DNA of 64,000 nucleotides from NCBI GenBank assembly GCA_963764465.1, contig CAVXSO010000004.1, positions 110,494 to 174,493 on the forward strand, given 5' to 3'. Source of the stretch: an uncultured Pseudomonadota bacterium. Lineage in GTDB: Bacteria; Pseudomonadota; Alphaproteobacteria; Acetobacterales; Acetobacteraceae. How positions within the stretch are numbered: position 1 is the first letter of the stretch; every line of letters begins with the position of its first letter. Below are positions 9,386-17,845 of this stretch, piece by piece. The position numbers were made by a program, and so were the translations under genes. The notes beneath the pieces were generated by a model, which saw only the letters and a program-made list of their open reading frames with translations, was not told where the DNA came from and searched no databases.

Positions 9386-12271
9386 TTGGGCACTCTTACA
9401 GAACAGCGGCGGCGCGAGGCGGAAGAGGCGGTTGCCGCCGCCCGAAGCGCGGAGCAGGCTGGCGATGCCGCTCGTGCCCGTGCCTGGTTGGAGCGCGCGC
9501 GCCGGCTGGCGCCGTCCGATCCCACGGTGGCGCTGCTGCTGGCACTGCGGTGCATCGCCGATCACGCGCCGGAAGAGGCGGCGACACTCCTGGAGAGGGT
9601 GGTCGGCGAAGTATCGCTGCGCGAGGCGTGGTGGACGCTCGCGACCGTACGTCTTGCCCTGGGCGACGTGGCCAGAGCAGCGGCGACGCTGACCGAGGCG
9701 CTCCGACGGTTTCGCCTGCCCGATCCGGTGCCGCCGGTGGCGACCGCCATCGCGCGTGCCGCGGGTATGCCGGGCTGGTGCGGTCTCGGGGCACGCGGCC
9801 CCGTCGGTGTCACGCTGCCCGGCGCAGCCCGCGCGCGGCGGCGGCGCAAGGGGGCGCGCGTCGCATTCCTCTCGGAGGGGCGCGAACTGCTCGGCTCGCC
9901 GCTTGAGCCCGGGTTGCTCGATCGGGTGGAGGGCGCGGTCCGCGCGGAGGGCGCGGCGCTGGTGGGCTGGGCCTGGCATCCCGCCGACCCTGATCGTGAT
10001 GCCGTTCTCACGGTCTCGGGCAGCGCCGGAAAGCGTCGGATCGTTGCCACGGACCACGGCATCCCGACGCCGCGTCCGCTGGTGCAGGCACGCGGCTTCC
10101 ACCTCACCCTCGGCGCGCGCGATGCCGCGGGACCGCTGTCGGTGACGGCCGGCGGGCGGGCGCTTGCCGGCAGCCCGCTCGATCCCTTCGCCGAACATCG
10201 CGCCGCGCGCATGCATGGGGAGGCGCTGGCGTGCGCCTACCCCCTCACGGGACCGCAGCGCCCGATCCCCCCGCTTGCCGTGCACGCGGACCTCCAGGGT
10301 TTTCCGGCGCGCGCGCCCTTGCGTCCGCGCCGGCCGGTCGCCGTGGTGCTGCCGGTCCATGGCACGGGCGATGCGGCCAACCGGGAGGCGACGCTCGCCT
10401 GCCTCGCAGCGCTGGACGAAACACTGCCGGCGGGAACGGCACTCGTCATCGTCGATGACGCGAGCACGGACCCCGCCCTTGTCGAGGCGCTGCAGGCGCG
10501 GGCCTCGCGGCCGCGGGTGAGCCTGATACGAACACGTGATAATCTCGGCTTCTGCGCGGCAGCAAACGCGGGACTGCGCGCCGCCTGGCGCCTCGCGCCA
10601 GCACGCGACATCGTCCTCCTCAACAGCGATACGATTCCCGCGCGGGGCTGGATCGAACGCCTGCGCGAGGCCGTGCACGCGGCGGAGGATATCGGCACCG
10701 CGTCGCCGCTCTCCAACGACGCGACCATCCTGTCCTACCCGCGTCCGGATCGGCGCAACCCGATCCCCGAGGATATCGCGGCAACCGGCGCGCTCGCTGA
10801 CGCTGCCGGCACCGCGCCGGCCGACCTGCCGACCGGGGTCGGGTTCTGCCTCTATCTCCGCCGCGAGTGCCTTGGGGCCACCGGGTTGCTGCGCGCCGAT
10901 CTGTTCGCCCAGGGCTATGGCGAGGAAAATGATTTCTGCCGCCGCGCCGCCTGGCTCGGCTGGCGCCACATCGCGGTGCCGCGCGCTTATGTCGCGCATC
11001 TCGGCGGCGGCAGCTTCGGTGCCGCGACCGCCTCCCTCGTCGCGCGCAACAGCCAGGCGATGGAACGGCTGCATCCGGGCTATGCCGACACGATCGCGCG
11101 CTGGGTGGAGGCCGATCCGCTGGCGCCAGCCCGCCGCTCGCTGGATGCCGCACGGCTTGCTGCCCGCAAGCGCCGCGAGACGGCGCTGCTGGTGACGCAC
11201 GACGACGGCGGCGGCGTCGAGCGCGCCGTCCGCGCCCGCATCGCCGAGATCACCGCCGGGGGACGGCAGGCACTGCTGCTGCGCCCGGTGCTGCTCGGCG
11301 ACGGCGAGGGCGAGAAGCGCTACCGCGCCGGCATCTGCCGCCTCGACGACGACGCGGGTGCCTTTCCTAACCTCTCGTTCCGTGTGCCGGGCGAGCTCGC
11401 TCCGCTGCGTGCGCTGCTGCGCCGGCAGAAGGTGAGCGCGATCGAGATCCATCACCTTCTCGGGCATGACCGCGCGGTGCTGCGCCTTGCCCAGTCGCTC
11501 GGCGTTCCCGTCGCCTGGCACGTGCACGACTATGCCTGCGTCTGCCCGCGCGTGACCTTTTCGCTACCGGACGGACGCTATTGCGGCGAACCGGCGGAGC
11601 TTGCCGCCTGCGAGGCCTGCATCGCCGATCACGGGCGGCGTGACGGCGCGGAGCTCACGGTCGCCGCCTTGCGCGAGGCGAGTGCCGCGGCGCTTGCCTT
11701 GGCCCCGGTGGTGGTCCCCTCGGCGGATGTCGCGACCAGGCTTGCACGCCACCTGCCCGGCGTGGCGGCGCGCGTGGCGCGGCCGGAAAACGACGCCGCG
11801 CTGCCGCCGCTCGCGCCGCCACCACGCACCTCGCGACGCCGCGTCGCGGTTCCCGGCGCGATCGGGCCGGAGAAAGGCTACGACGTGCTGCTGGCCTGCG
11901 CGCGCGACGCCGCCAGCCGCGACCTGCCGCTCGAGTTCGTCGTCGTCGGCTACAGCCTCGATGACGCGCGGCTGATGGAGACCGGCCGCGTCTGGGTTAC
12001 CGGCCGCTACGAGGAGGCGGAGGGCGAGGCCCTGCTACGGGCGCAGGGTGCCTCGCTCGCCTTCATCCCCTCGACCTGCCCGGAAACCTGGTGCTTCGCG
12101 CTGTCGCTGGCATGGCGGGCAGGGCTTTCCGTCGGCGCCTTCGATCTTGGCGCGCAGGCCGAACGGGTGCGCGCCACTGGCCGCGGCTTCCTTCTGCCGC
12201 TGGGCCTGCCGCCTGGCGCGATCAACGCCGCCCTGCTCTCGGCGGCGCCTCTTGCCATGGCGCGCGGTTGA
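9386..12271 (+). CDS. Multidomain glycosyltransferase: TPR-like N-terminus, GT2 (GT-A) domain and C-terminal GT-B (GT1/GT4-like) domain
   Basis: Frame of ORF 8768..12271. The part upstream of 9386 overlaps the Sel1 gene and is rejected; TTG at 9386 is the first plausible start and carries low start confidence. GT2 motifs are VAVVLPVHG...LVIVDDASTD...NLGFCAAANAGL...VLLNSDT. The C-terminal GT-B motifs are VPGAIGPEKGYDVLL...FIPSTCPETWCFALSLAWRAGL. Confidence 0.8.
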   Translation: MGTLTEQRRREAEEAVAAARSAEQAGDAARARAWLERARRLAPSDPTVALLLALRCIADHAPEEAATLLERVVGEVSLREAWWTLATVRLALGDVARAAATLTEALRRFRLPDPVPPVATAIARAAGMPGWCGLGARGPVGVTLPGAARARRRRKGARVAFLSEGRELLGSPLEPGLLDRVEGAVRAEGAALVGWAWHPADPDRDAVLTVSGSAGKRRIVATDHGIPTPRPLVQARGFHLTLGARDAAGPLSVTAGGRALAGSPLDPFAEHRAARMHGEALACAYPLTGPQRPIPPLAVHADLQGFPARAPLRPRRPVAVVLPVHGTGDAANREATLACLAALDETLPAGTALVIVDDASTDPALVEALQARASRPRVSLIRTRDNLGFCAAANAGLRAAWRLAPARDIVLLNSDTIPARGWIERLREAVHAAEDIGTASPLSNDATILSYPRPDRRNPIPEDIAATGALADAAGTAPADLPTGVGFCLYLRRECLGATGLLRADLFAQGYGEENDFCRRAAWLGWRHIAVPRAYVAHLGGGSFGAATASLVARNSQAMERLHPGYADTIARWVEADPLAPARRSLDAARLAARKRRETALLVTHDDGGGVERAVRARIAEITAGGRQALLLRPVLLGDGEGEKRYRAGICRLDDDAGAFPNLSFRVPGELAPLRALLRRQKVSAIEIHHLLGHDRAVLRLAQSLGVPVAWHVHDYACVCPRVTFSLPDGRYCGEPAELAACEACIADHGRRDGAELTVAALREASAAALALAPVVVPSADVATRLARHLPGVAARVARPENDAALPPLAPPPRTSRRRVAVPGAIGPEKGYDVLLACARDAASRDLPLEFVVVGYSLDDARLMETGRVWVTGRYEEAEGEALLRAQGASLAFIPSTCPETWCFALSLAWRAGLSVGAFDLGAQAERVRATGRGFLLPLGLPPGAINAALLSAAPLAMARG

Positions 12272-12334
12272 CGCGAAACAGGAATGGACAGCGTAAGATC
12301 CAGCCACCATCCGGATACCGATCGGGATTTGTGA

Positions 12335-13201
12335 ATGTCAGAAGCTGCCGCCCATACGGCCATCTCACCCGTCGAGGAACTGAAGGTCAGCGGGCATCTC
12401 ATGACGTTGGACGCGGGGCTTTATTGCATCATCGCCTCGCGCAGTCCCACCGCCGGCGGTCCCTCCGGCCTGCCCGCCGTGCGGATCACGCCGTCCCCGG
12501 GTCCGATCGGCCGGCCAGAGGCGGTGAGCGTGCGCACGTTCCGCGAGGACGGCTTGCTGGCCGGTACCGGCGATGCCGCGCTGGTGCGCGTTCTGGACGG
12601 GACGGCGCAGATCCTGGTGACGGTCTATCAGGCGCAAGGCGCGAAGGACGCCGCCCCCAATCTGCAGGTGATGCGCCTGTCCGATGCGATCGCGGCTGTG
12701 GCGCCTGCTGCCGCGGCCGTCGTCCCGGCCGCCGCCTCCGCCGCGGCGCCGCGCAAGCCGGAAGTGCTGGCGCACGTGCAGGCGCGCGGGGACATCGCCG
12801 TGCCGCTGGGCGAGTGGATGGGCGAGAAGGGCTCGGGCCGCTGGATCGAGGGTTTCGCCATCGCGCCCGAAGGTATCCCGCCGGCCGACATCGAGTATCA
12901 GGCCGTGCTCGGCAAGGGCTGGCTTTCGCCCTGGGTGGAGGGTGCGCAGTTCTGCGGCAGCCGTGGCATGGCGCTACCCGTGCTGGGGCTGCGGGTACGG
13001 CTGCGTAACGAAACCAGCAAGAGCCACGCGCTGCGCATCGAGGCCAGCTTCGCCGATGGCAGCCTCATCGGCCCCGTCGGCGATGGCGAGGTCTGCGAAA
13101 GCCAGGCGCTGGCGCCGCTCGAGGCGTTCCGGATCGAGGTCATGCCGCGCGACGATGCCGCCGGTGGGAAGTCGCCGCGCATGCCCCGCCGCAAGGCCTG
13201 A
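12335..13201 (+). CDS. Hypothetical protein (288 aa), two domains joined by an Ala-rich linker; C-terminal half resembles hydrophobic-W (ChW-like) repeats
   Basis: ATG ORF with strong GC3 and no Sec signal. The linker is AIAAVAPAAAAVVPAAASAAAP. The C-terminal repeats are AHVQARGDIAVPLGEWMGEKGSGRWIEGFAI and IEYQAVLGKGWLSPWVEGAQFCGSRGMALPVLGLRVRL. The family call is tentative. Confidence 0.6.
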   Translation: MSEAAAHTAISPVEELKVSGHLMTLDAGLYCIIASRSPTAGGPSGLPAVRITPSPGPIGRPEAVSVRTFREDGLLAGTGDAALVRVLDGTAQILVTVYQAQGAKDAAPNLQVMRLSDAIAAVAPAAAAVVPAAASAAAPRKPEVLAHVQARGDIAVPLGEWMGEKGSGRWIEGFAIAPEGIPPADIEYQAVLGKGWLSPWVEGAQFCGSRGMALPVLGLRVRLRNETSKSHALRIEASFADGSLIGPVGDGEVCESQALAPLEAFRIEVMPRDDAAGGKSPRMPRRKA

Positions 13202-13213
13202 TCCGCGGCGCCG

Positions 13214-14587
13214 TTGCGTTACCTCTTCGTTCACCAGAATTTCCCGGGTCAGTTCCTCCACCTGATCCGCGGGCTGCTGGCCGAGGGCGGGCACGAGATC
13301 ATGTTCATCTCGGAGCCCAACACCAACCAGATCGGGGGCGTGCGCCGCGTCGTCTACCACCTGCCCGAGTACGCGCAGGAACCGATCCATCCTCACGCGC
13401 GCGAATGGGATCGCGCGGTACGGCGCGCCGAGCAGGTGGCGGGTGTCGCGCTCAACCTGAAGTCGCTCGGGTTTCAGCCCGACATCATCATCGGTCACCA
13501 TGGCTGGGGCGAACTGCTCGACCTCAAGCATGTCTTCCCGAATGTGCCCATCCTCGGATATTTCGAGTTTTACTACAGCCAGACTGGCGCGGATGTCGGG
13601 TTCGACCCGGAGTTCCCGGCCGATGATGCCATCCGCCTGCGCATCACCAGCATGAACCAGATCAACCATGCGGCGATCGCGCTGGGCGAACACGGGCAGA
13701 GTCCCACGCAATGGCAACGCACGCGCTATCCCGAATGGGCGCGCGGCGGCATCCGGCTACTGCGGGAAGGCGTGCGGCTCGATGACCTGGCGCCGGAGGC
13801 AGCGGCGCGGCGTGCGCGTCTCGCGATCAAGGATTTCGTCGTGGGCCCGCGCGACAAGCTGGTAACCTACGTCGTGCGCAACCTCGAGCCGTATCGCGGC
13901 TATCACACCATGATGCGCGCCCTGCCGTCGTTGCTGAAGCGCAAGGATGTCAAGGTGGTGATGGTTGGCGGCGACGAGGTGAGCTACGGCGCGCGCCTCG
14001 CAACCGGTTCCTGGCGCGATCATTACCTCAAGGAAATGGAAGGCAAGTACGACGCGAGCCGCGTGCTGCTGCCCGGCCAGGTGCCGTACGACGTCTATCG
14101 CAGCCTGCTCAAGCGCTCGGACGCGCATGTCTACCTCACCTACCCGTTCGTCGTCTCCTGGTCGCTCAGGGAGGCGATGGCGGCGGGCTGTGCCATCGTC
14201 GCCGCCGATGTGGAGCCGGTGCGCGAGTTCGTCACCGATCGCGAGACCGGTTTGCTGACGCCGGCGCTCGACTCCGAAAGGCTTGCGGGCAACGTTCTCG
14301 GCCTGCTGGAGGACCGGCACCGCGCGGATGCGCTGCGCCACGGCGCGCGCGCCTGGGCGGAGAAGCATCTGCGCATGGAGGATTACCTCGCCGCCTACCG
14401 TGCGCTGATCGGCGAGATCACCGGGATCGAGGGGCCGCCGCGCGTCACCAACGCTCGCGAGCTTCCCGCCACGGCAAAGCCGCGCCCTCCTGCCGCGCGC
14501 AAGCCGAAGCCCGCCAAGACCGCGGCCAAATCCAAGGTGGCGCCATCTTCGGCGCGGCGCCGCCCGCCTCCTTCGGCGCGTCGTTGA
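13214..14587 (+). CDS. GT-B fold glycosyltransferase (GT4/group 1-like) with a basic Lys/Pro/Ala-rich C-terminal tail
   Basis: 457 aa starting MRYLFVHQNFPGQFLHLIRGLLAEGGHEIMFI, then KVVMVGGDEVSYG and LTYPFVVSWSLREAMAAGCAIVA (an EX7E-like region). TTG start at 13214. The tail is KPRPPAARKPKPAKTAAKSKVAPSSARRRPPPSARR. Confidence 0.8.
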   Translation: MRYLFVHQNFPGQFLHLIRGLLAEGGHEIMFISEPNTNQIGGVRRVVYHLPEYAQEPIHPHAREWDRAVRRAEQVAGVALNLKSLGFQPDIIIGHHGWGELLDLKHVFPNVPILGYFEFYYSQTGADVGFDPEFPADDAIRLRITSMNQINHAAIALGEHGQSPTQWQRTRYPEWARGGIRLLREGVRLDDLAPEAAARRARLAIKDFVVGPRDKLVTYVVRNLEPYRGYHTMMRALPSLLKRKDVKVVMVGGDEVSYGARLATGSWRDHYLKEMEGKYDASRVLLPGQVPYDVYRSLLKRSDAHVYLTYPFVVSWSLREAMAAGCAIVAADVEPVREFVTDRETGLLTPALDSERLAGNVLGLLEDRHRADALRHGARAWAEKHLRMEDYLAAYRALIGEITGIEGPPRVTNARELPATAKPRPPAARKPKPAKTAAKSKVAPSSARRRPPPSARR

Positions 14588-14612
14588 TCCGCCTCAGCCG
14601 CGCACGCCGGCC

Positions 14613-15392
14613 TCAGGTGCCGCGCGACGGATAGCTGACGCCGAGCCCCGCGCGCGCATCCTGCTGGATGCCATATTGCGGGAAGGGATAGCGAAAGCCG
14701 TTCTTCGCCAGCGCCCGCATCCCGGTGATCGCCTGGTCGAGCTGTTCCGGCGGCAGCGCCATCAGCATCTCGTCGTCGAGCACACCGCCATAGCGGCGCT
14801 CGGCAAAACACGGGATGGACAGGCTCGGCTCGCGCCGCACCAGCGCGCGCCCCCAGGAATCGGCGCAGGCCGACTCGCCCACCACGCCCCAGTCGAATTT
14901 CCGGTAGCCTGACCATTGCAGTCCGTTGATGAAATACATCATCGCCCCGGGCGTCGCGTAGAACAGCGCGATGTCCGGCGGGTCGAGCCGTCCGGAGCCC
15001 AGCGGCGACACCGCGAGCGCGTCGTAGTGCCCGTCCTCGACACAATGCATCGCCGCCTGGTGCGCCGTCGCGTCCTGCAGCGTGGAGAACCAGACGCCCT
15101 TCATGTGCTCGCCGGAACGCCATGCCGCGTCCTTGGCATGCCCGAGCCCCACCACGGCGCGGCATTGCGCGCCCACCAGGTCCTCCGCAGTGACCCCCAC
15201 GGTCCAGCCGAGGCGTGCCGCCTGCGCCACGACCTGGTCAAGCGTATGGATGGCATTCGGCCGGCGGATGCGCGGGATCGCCTCCATCGCCGCGCGATCC
15301 TCGAACAGCTTCATCCCGAAGGGCAGGCCGCGCAGGCGCAACAGCTGCTCCAGTTCGGCGGCCAGCGCCGCCCAATCCCGTGTCGCCATCAT
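14613..15392 (-). CDS. DUF169/COG2043-like protein
   Basis: The real start is taken as [32 protein letters not shown] (ATG at 15392). The 418-aa ORF in the track extends upstream out of context over hemA. The ATG overlaps the hemA stop (ATGA at 15392-15389). The family call rests on overall resemblance only. Confidence 0.6.
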   Translation of the reverse strand: MMATRDWAALAAELEQLLRLRGLPFGMKLFEDRAAMEAIPRIRRPNAIHTLDQVVAQAARLGWTVGVTAEDLVGAQCRAVVGLGHAKDAAWRSGEHMKGVWFSTLQDATAHQAAMHCVEDGHYDALAVSPLGSGRLDPPDIALFYATPGAMMYFINGLQWSGYRKFDWGVVGESACADSWGRALVRREPSLSIPCFAERRYGGVLDDEMLMALPPEQLDQAITGMRALAKNGFRYPFPQYGIQQDARAGLGVSYPSRGT

Positions 15393-16654
15393 CGTCCCGG
15401 TTGGTTGCTTTGCGGGAGCATGGCGCACAACCGCCGCGCTGTCAGGCGGCGCGCGCGAGCCGCAATTCGCTCCAGATGGTGGCGAGCGAGTTCGAGCAGA
15501 TGCGCCACGTCCTCGTCGGTATGCAGCGGGCAGGGGGTCACGCGCAGCCGCTCGGTGCCACGGGCGACGGTGGGATAGTTGATCGGCTGGACGTAGATGC
15601 CGAACTCGTCGAGCAGCCGGTCGCTGATCTGCCGGCACAGCACCGGGTCGCGCACCATCACCGGGACAATGTGGCTGGGGTTGGCGAGATGCGGGATGCC
15701 GCGCGCGTCGAGCCCCGAGCGCACCTGCGCGACGCGCGCGTGCATCTGCTCGCGCTCGGCCGAGGAGGCGCGCAGGTGGCGGATGGAGGCAATGGCGCCG
15801 GCGGCGACCGAAGGCGGCGGGGAGGAGGAGAAGATGAACCCCGAGGCGAAGCTGCGCACGAAGTCGCACATGGCGACCGAACCGGCGATGTAGCCGCCGA
15901 CCACGCCGAAGGCCTTGGCCAGCGTGCCCTCGATGACGGTGAGCCGGTGCGCCATGCCGTCGCGCTCGGAGATGCCGCCGCCATGCGGGCCATACAGCCC
16001 CACGGCGTGCACCTCATCGAGGTAGGTCATGGCCCCGTAGCGGTCCGCCACGTCGCAGATGGCCTCGATCGGGGCGACGTCCCCGTCCATCGAATAGACG
16101 CTCTCGAAGGCGACCAGTTTCGGCGTCTCGGCGGGCAGGGCGGCGAGCCGCCGCTCGAGGTCGGCGACGTCGTTATGGGCGAAGATCTGCCGCTCGGCCC
16201 GGCTGTGGCGGATGCCCTCGATCATCGAGGCATGGTTGCCTTCATCGGAGAGCACGACGCACCCCGGCAGCTTGGCGGCCAGCGTGCACAGCGTCGCCCA
16301 GTTGCTGGAATAGCCGGAGGTGAACATCAGCGCCGCCTCCTTGCCGTGCAGGCCGGCAAGCTCGCGCTCCAGGATCACGTGATAGTGGTTGGTGCCGGAG
16401 ATGTTGCGCGTGCCACCCGAGCCCGCGCCGCAGGCGTCGATCGCCTCGTGCATCGCCGCGAGCACCGCATCGTGCTGGCCCATGCCGAGATAGTCGTTCG
16501 AGCACCAGACCGTGACCTCGCGCTTGCCACCGCGCCCGTGCAAGGTCGCTCGCGGAAACTGTCCCGCCCGCCGCTCGATGTCGACGAAGACGCGATAACG
16601 CCCCTCGCGCTTCAGGCCGTCCAACTCGCTCTGGAAAAAGGCTTCGTAATCCAT
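15389..16654 (-). CDS. hemA: 5-aminolevulinate synthase
   Basis: 421 aa: [23 protein letters not shown]...[67 protein letters not shown]...SMDGD. This is the hallmark alpha-oxoamine synthase/ALAS sequence, with GGAGGG 5 nt upstream of the ATG. Confidence 0.93.
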   Translation of the reverse strand: MDYEAFFQSELDGLKREGRYRVFVDIERRAGQFPRATLHGRGGKREVTVWCSNDYLGMGQHDAVLAAMHEAIDACGAGSGGTRNISGTNHYHVILERELAGLHGKEAALMFTSGYSSNWATLCTLAAKLPGCVVLSDEGNHASMIEGIRHSRAERQIFAHNDVADLERRLAALPAETPKLVAFESVYSMDGDVAPIEAICDVADRYGAMTYLDEVHAVGLYGPHGGGISERDGMAHRLTVIEGTLAKAFGVVGGYIAGSVAMCDFVRSFASGFIFSSSPPPSVAAGAIASIRHLRASSAEREQMHARVAQVRSGLDARGIPHLANPSHIVPVMVRDPVLCRQISDRLLDEFGIYVQPINYPTVARGTERLRVTPCPLHTDEDVAHLLELARHHLERIAARARRLTARRLCAMLPQSNQPGR

Positions 16655-16705
16655 CCCGACCCTCCTTGGGCCCTTCCAGCCTCACGCGGGTTCCGTCGTC
16701 CCGCC

Positions 16706-16719
16706 TTGATGCTGATCAT
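16706..16719. promoter_or_regulatory. Candidate FNR/FixK-type box upstream of hemA
   Basis: TTGATGCTGATCAT matches TTGAT-N4-ATCAA at 9 of 10 positions. Its centre is about 58 nt upstream of the hemA ATG (16654). Confidence 0.35.
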
Positions 16720-16759
16720 TGTGCAACGCGTCATAGCATAATCGCGCGACCGGCGCAGA

Positions 16760-16777
16760 GGGGCAGGGCCCTGCCCC
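16760..16777. repeat. Perfect 18-bp GC-rich palindrome (possible hairpin/terminator after the upstream membrane-protein gene)
   Basis: GGGGCAGGGCCCTGCCCC is its own reverse complement. It lies about 90 nt downstream of the stop at 16867 on the minus strand. There is no U-tract, so the function is uncertain. Confidence 0.4.
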
Positions 16778-16866
16778 CGTGGCCGGGCGAGCGGGGGCAT
16801 GGGGCGCCCGCGGGCCCGACGTCATGGCCCCCGGTGCCTTGGTCCCCGACGCCGCGGTTCCCCGTC

Positions 16867-17766
16867 TCATGGTCCAGGCGCCATCATGAGGGCGAGAGCG
16901 TCGCGCATGTCCTTGCTGGGGAAGGCGATAAAATACGGGTGACTCAGGCTCAGCATCACGTACATGGCGAGGCTGAGCGAGACGCTGCTCAGGACGATGC
17001 CGACCAGGGCCACCATGTTGCGTGGCGAGATAAGACCGAAAACCGCGAAGATGATCATGAGCCAGACCACCAGAACGACGTCGAACGGGGTCGAGACCCG
17101 CAACCGGTCATCCTCGATCGCCGCCAACCGTCCCCGCAGCACCGTTCGGTAGTCGGCAAGGCAATCGTTGCGCACGTCCCGGTGAAACGCATCGGCGGGC
17201 ACCAGGCGCAGGGTCTCAAGATAGACCGAGTTCAGCGTGGCGCCGAGCACGCGGCTTGGCCCCACCTGAGGGACACCGGGGCCGCGCGGAAAGCCGACCC
17301 CGGTCGGCGGCGGCTCGGAGGTCCAGGTGCCGGCGATCAGGGCGGCGGTATAGGATTTCAGCGCGTCGCGCGCCGGGTCGGTCTCCGGACCATAGTTTCG
17401 CAGGCAGCGGTCAAGCTGCGTGAGCTCCAGGGCGTAGGCCTGGAGGTCATGCCCGGCGTGATCATAGGCGGTCTTCACCGAAGCGATCAGCAGCCCGAGC
17501 ACAAGTGCGGTGAACGTCACCAGCATGCCGATGACGATCTGCATCGCTTCGATCGTCTCGCGCGAGGTGTGGTTTTCGCGCAGGCGCGGCCGTACCATCC
17601 GGCCGAGCATCGCGCTCGCGATGAGCAGCACCAGAACGGCGAATGCCGTCGCGACAGCCGTTATCACATCGGCGCTCCGGCTCTGCCGCGTTGCAGCGCG
17701 AACCCACGCCCCGTGAATTTCTCCTTTCTGGCGCGAATCATAACGAATTAGGATACCATGACACAT
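16867..17766 (-). CDS. Integral membrane protein (DUF4239-like)
   Basis: An N-terminal TM helix (ITAVATAFAVLVLLIASAMLG) and two C-terminal TM helices flank a soluble middle region. GTG at 17667, preceded by GGAG with a 7-nt spacer, is a more likely start than ATG 17766. Family assignment is tentative. Confidence 0.55.
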   Translation of the reverse strand: MCHGILIRYDSRQKGEIHGAWVRAATRQSRSADVITAVATAFAVLVLLIASAMLGRMVRPRLRENHTSRETIEAMQIVIGMLVTFTALVLGLLIASVKTAYDHAGHDLQAYALELTQLDRCLRNYGPETDPARDALKSYTAALIAGTWTSEPPPTGVGFPRGPGVPQVGPSRVLGATLNSVYLETLRLVPADAFHRDVRNDCLADYRTVLRGRLAAIEDDRLRVSTPFDVVLVVWLMIIFAVFGLISPRNMVALVGIVLSSVSLSLAMYVMLSLSHPYFIAFPSKDMRDALALMMAPGP

Positions 17767-17845
17767 TCACCGGCGACAAACGGCATTGCGTGGCCGGCGA
17801 AGGTTCGTTAATCGGCTTCAGGGGGTACAGGGAGCGACAGCCGAC

